Source of the DNA: Myxococcota bacterium | GTDB lineage: Bacteria > Myxococcota_A > UBA9160 > UBA4427 | Reading direction: 5' to 3' | Length of the DNA stretch: 48,811 nucleotides | Assembly: GCA_036336835.1 (NCBI GenBank) | Contig: JAYZFK010000099.1 | Span: 1 to 48,811 of the forward strand | Shown here: in pieces, positions 46,566-48,811 of the stretch | Layout of the letters: each line of letters opens with the position of its first letter | Position numbering within the stretch: position 1 is the stretch's first letter | Made by a program: the position numbers and the translations under genes | The notes under the pieces: generated by a model | What the model saw: the letters and a program-made list of their open reading frames with translations, nothing else | Database searches by the model: none | Told to the model about the DNA's origin: nothing

Positions 46566-46673
46566 GACCTTTCCTCCGAGCGGCTCCTCTCCGAGCCGTC
46601 ATCGTCCGATGTACCGAGCCCTCTCCGATCTTCCTCGATCAGAGAGGACGTACTCGGTCCTGTGGAAACCTCG

Positions 46674-47441
46674 TCAGCGGGCCCGGGGCGGCCCCCCCAT
46701 TTGACCCAGCCAGCGAGAGCCGCCGATCGTGTCCGAGAAGGGCCAGAACGCCTCCGGGTCGAGCGGCCCGGCGATCGCGATCTCGCGCCCGAGCCAGCTG
46801 TCGGTGACCAGCCGCGCTCGAACAGGGCCTTCGACGGGCAAGCGGTCTGCAATCGGATCCCACGGGCTCGGAAGCAGCGACAGCTCGCCCTCGACCGCTT
46901 CCCGATACGTCGGCTGATAGGTGCTGCGAACACGCACCAGGTGCGGCGGGAAGTCGTAGCTCTTCTCGGCACCGCCGACGGCGCGCGACACCTTGGTCCA
47001 CCACTCGTTCTCTTCGTACTCACCGGGCAGTGGCTGCGCCCCCTTCACCTCGCCCTCGAACTCGACGAACGTGTAACCCTGGTGAGTGCAGCGGGCGCGC
47101 ACTGTATCGCCGATCCGATAGTAGGTGACCGCGCACGGATACTTCGGCTGGCCGTTCATGTCACGGCTGATGAAGATCGCCGACTCCTGGTCGATCCCGT
47201 AGCCCAGACAGTAGAGACCCTTGGTTCCCTTGTAGTCCGCATCGACCGTGATCCAGATGCCGAACTCCGGCTCGTCCGGAACCGGCACGCAGTAGATCGA
47301 GAGGTGCACGTTCGACTGGTCGCTCGCGTCGATCCCCGGCGGCAGCACGGCGGCCAGCTTCGAGGGATCGGTCGGGTAGTCGATCTTCAGGATCGGCCAG
47401 CCGGCGATGTCGCCGGGCTTGATGCTGGGTGCGTCGCTCAT
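46674..47441 (-). CDS. Acetoacetate decarboxylase family protein
   Basis: LAAVLPPG motif and SRDMNGQPK, the Schiff-base Lys position (GxPK). GGAGG RBS. Confidence 0.82.
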   Translation of the reverse strand: MSDAPSIKPGDIAGWPILKIDYPTDPSKLAAVLPPGIDASDQSNVHLSIYCVPVPDEPEFGIWITVDADYKGTKGLYCLGYGIDQESAIFISRDMNGQPKYPCAVTYYRIGDTVRARCTHQGYTFVEFEGEVKGAQPLPGEYEENEWWTKVSRAVGGAEKSYDFPPHLVRVRSTYQPTYREAVEGELSLLPSPWDPIADRLPVEGPVRARLVTDSWLGREIAIAGPLDPEAFWPFSDTIGGSRWLGQMGGPPRAR

Positions 47442-47611
47442 CGGGGATCTCCTCCGTATTCCGTAGCGGTCCCTGTGATTCTACTCTCCCGCCGCGCGTC
47501 AGAGGTGGGAAGTCAGGGCCCACCTGCGCGCCGCGAGATCAATGACGGTTCTTTCCCCCGGTCTCCAGAAACCCGGTCCCGGCAGCCTGCTGGCCTCGAT
47601 CCAGGCGAGGG

Positions 47612-48442
47612 CTACTTCCCCAGCAGGGAGGCGTCCATCGTGAGGGCGCCGGTCAGCATGCCACCGCCGCCGCCGCCGTCGGTGTACAGGTTCTCACCGG
47701 AGACGTAGCTGGCCGCGTCGCTGTTCAGGAAGGCGAGCGGCCAAGCCTGCTCCTCGGCGGTCGAGTTGCGCCCCACCGGCTTCGGATAGGCGTCCATGAA
47801 CTGCTTGCCCGCCTCCTCGACGAAGGCCGGCATCATCGGCGTATCGGTCGGCCCGGGCGAAGTGCAGTTGAGCCGGATGCCCGTCTCGCTCGTCAGCGTC
47901 GCCGCCCGTCGAAGCGTGTATACGATCGTGCACATCTTCGAGAACGGGTAGGCCATCAGCCACGGCTCTTCGGCGTGCTCCTCGATCCACTTCTTTGCCT
48001 CGGCCGGGCCCGCGGTGTCGAGCAGCGGAAAGATGTTCTCCATCTGTCCGAGGTAGCCCATGCCGGCGGAGGAGGAGATCGAGACCGCCGCCCCGTCGCG
48101 TGGCATGTGTGGCACGCAGCACTCGATCGTGTGCCGCAGGCCGACCCAGTTGACGAGCATGACGTCGAGCTGGCCCATCGAGCCGGGAAGCCCCGCACAG
48201 TAGAACAGCCGATCGATCGGGCCATCGGCCGCGACGGTGGCGACCATCTGCTCGATCGCAGCTGCATCACGCAAGTCGACCTCGTAGAAGGCCTCGGCCT
48301 CGAACGTGGTGGGCCGCTTGATGTCCACGGCGACGACGCTGCCACCGAGCGACCCGACGACCTGGGCCGTCGCTTCTCCCATCCCGGAGAAGCAACCAGT
48401 GATCAGACAACGCTTGCCTTCATAGCTGAACAGGTTCTTCAT
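47612..48442 (-). CDS. SDR oxidoreductase (3α-HSD/coniferyl-alcohol dehydrogenase-like)
   Basis: TGCFSGMG, ISSSAG, YPFSK and SPGPTDTPM motifs. Confidence 0.88.
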   Translation of the reverse strand: MKNLFSYEGKRCLITGCFSGMGEATAQVVGSLGGSVVAVDIKRPTTFEAEAFYEVDLRDAAAIEQMVATVAADGPIDRLFYCAGLPGSMGQLDVMLVNWVGLRHTIECCVPHMPRDGAAVSISSSAGMGYLGQMENIFPLLDTAGPAEAKKWIEEHAEEPWLMAYPFSKMCTIVYTLRRAATLTSETGIRLNCTSPGPTDTPMMPAFVEEAGKQFMDAYPKPVGRNSTAEEQAWPLAFLNSDAASYVSGENLYTDGGGGGGMLTGALTMDASLLGK

Positions 48443-48446
48443 CGAT

Positions 48447-48811
48447 CTACGCTCCTTGCTTGGTCATGGTCCCTGCCGCCTGTCGCTCCATGCGTTCGCG
48501 CACGAAGGTAATGCAGGTCGAATCGGCTGGAATCTCTTCGAGGGGCTGCGAGACGAGCTCCGCGGTGATGCCAAGCGCTTCACCCTCCGCGCGCAGCGCC
48601 TCGAGATCGAAGCCATAGAGGCCAGCGGCATTCTCGCCGAGCATCATACGCACATCGTCCTCGGAAACGCCGGCGAAGGCCCAACGCATGTTCTCGCGCG
48701 AGTGCGGGTAGCAGCCCTCGTAGTGCGGGTAGTCGTTGCCCCAGAGGACGCGGTCCCTGCCCACGATCTCGCGGCCGCGGATGTCGCGCGGCGACGGGAA
48801 GCTGGCGCCGT
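48447..48811 (-). CDS. Amidohydrolase family protein, C-terminal part (5'-partial)
   Basis: RVLWGNDYPHYEG and GENAAGLYG motifs. The frame is open to the window edge. Confidence 0.85.
   Translation of the reverse strand, partial: GASFPSPRDIRGREIVGRDRVLWGNDYPHYEGCYPHSRENMRWAFAGVSEDDVRMMLGENAAGLYGFDLEALRAEGEALGITAELVSQPLEEIPADSTCITFVRERMERQAAGTMTKQGA

Noticed and set aside
1..48811. Mobile elements, prophage, defence systems, tRNA/rRNA and known riboswitches
   Set aside because: I recognised no integrase, transposase, phage, nuclease or structural-RNA signatures by eye, and composition looks uniform. A covariance-model scan was not possible.

Overview
A gene-dense, high-GC bacterial chromosomal segment with about 38 CDSs. 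I saw no rRNA, tRNA, CRISPR array, integrase or transposase. The gene content suggests a diderm heterotroph such as an uncultured Myxococcota/deltaproteobacterial lineage, which is an inference only. Most genes serve lipid, steroid or aromatic catabolism and sulfate-ester chemistry: a 3-ketosteroid Δ4-dehydrogenase-like flavoprotein, an MMPL/RND transporter, two PhyH-type Fe/2OG dioxygenases, an orphan Rieske oxygenase, two SDRs, three family III CoA-transferases, two amidohydrolases, two paralogous Cys-type arylsulfatases, two Thr-type sulfatase-like domains, a sulfotransferase, a DUF3604 protein and an F420-dependent reductase. The most interesting loci are five. (i) At 35.8-37.8 kb is a candidate metal-starvation operon: a sigma70 promoter overlapped by a Fur-like box, a leaderless Cys/His leader ORF ending IDHVP, a CxxC/His-rich beta-barrel and a TlpA. 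(ii) At 7.9-9.4 kb is an aldo-keto reductase/Fe-S protein with a two-TM plus internal twin-arginine architecture resembling dual Sec/Tat-targeted Rieske proteins. (iii) At 23.5-29.7 kb is a GT2 + GT-C/TPR + GT-C-sulfatase-fusion envelope glycosylation locus. (iv) At 39.6-42.1 kb is an octaheme cytochrome c paired with a His-rich membrane protein. (v) At 5.5-6.0 kb is a histone H1-like Lys/Ala repeat protein with an unrecognised C-terminal domain. All calls come from motif recognition by eye, and no database searches were run.
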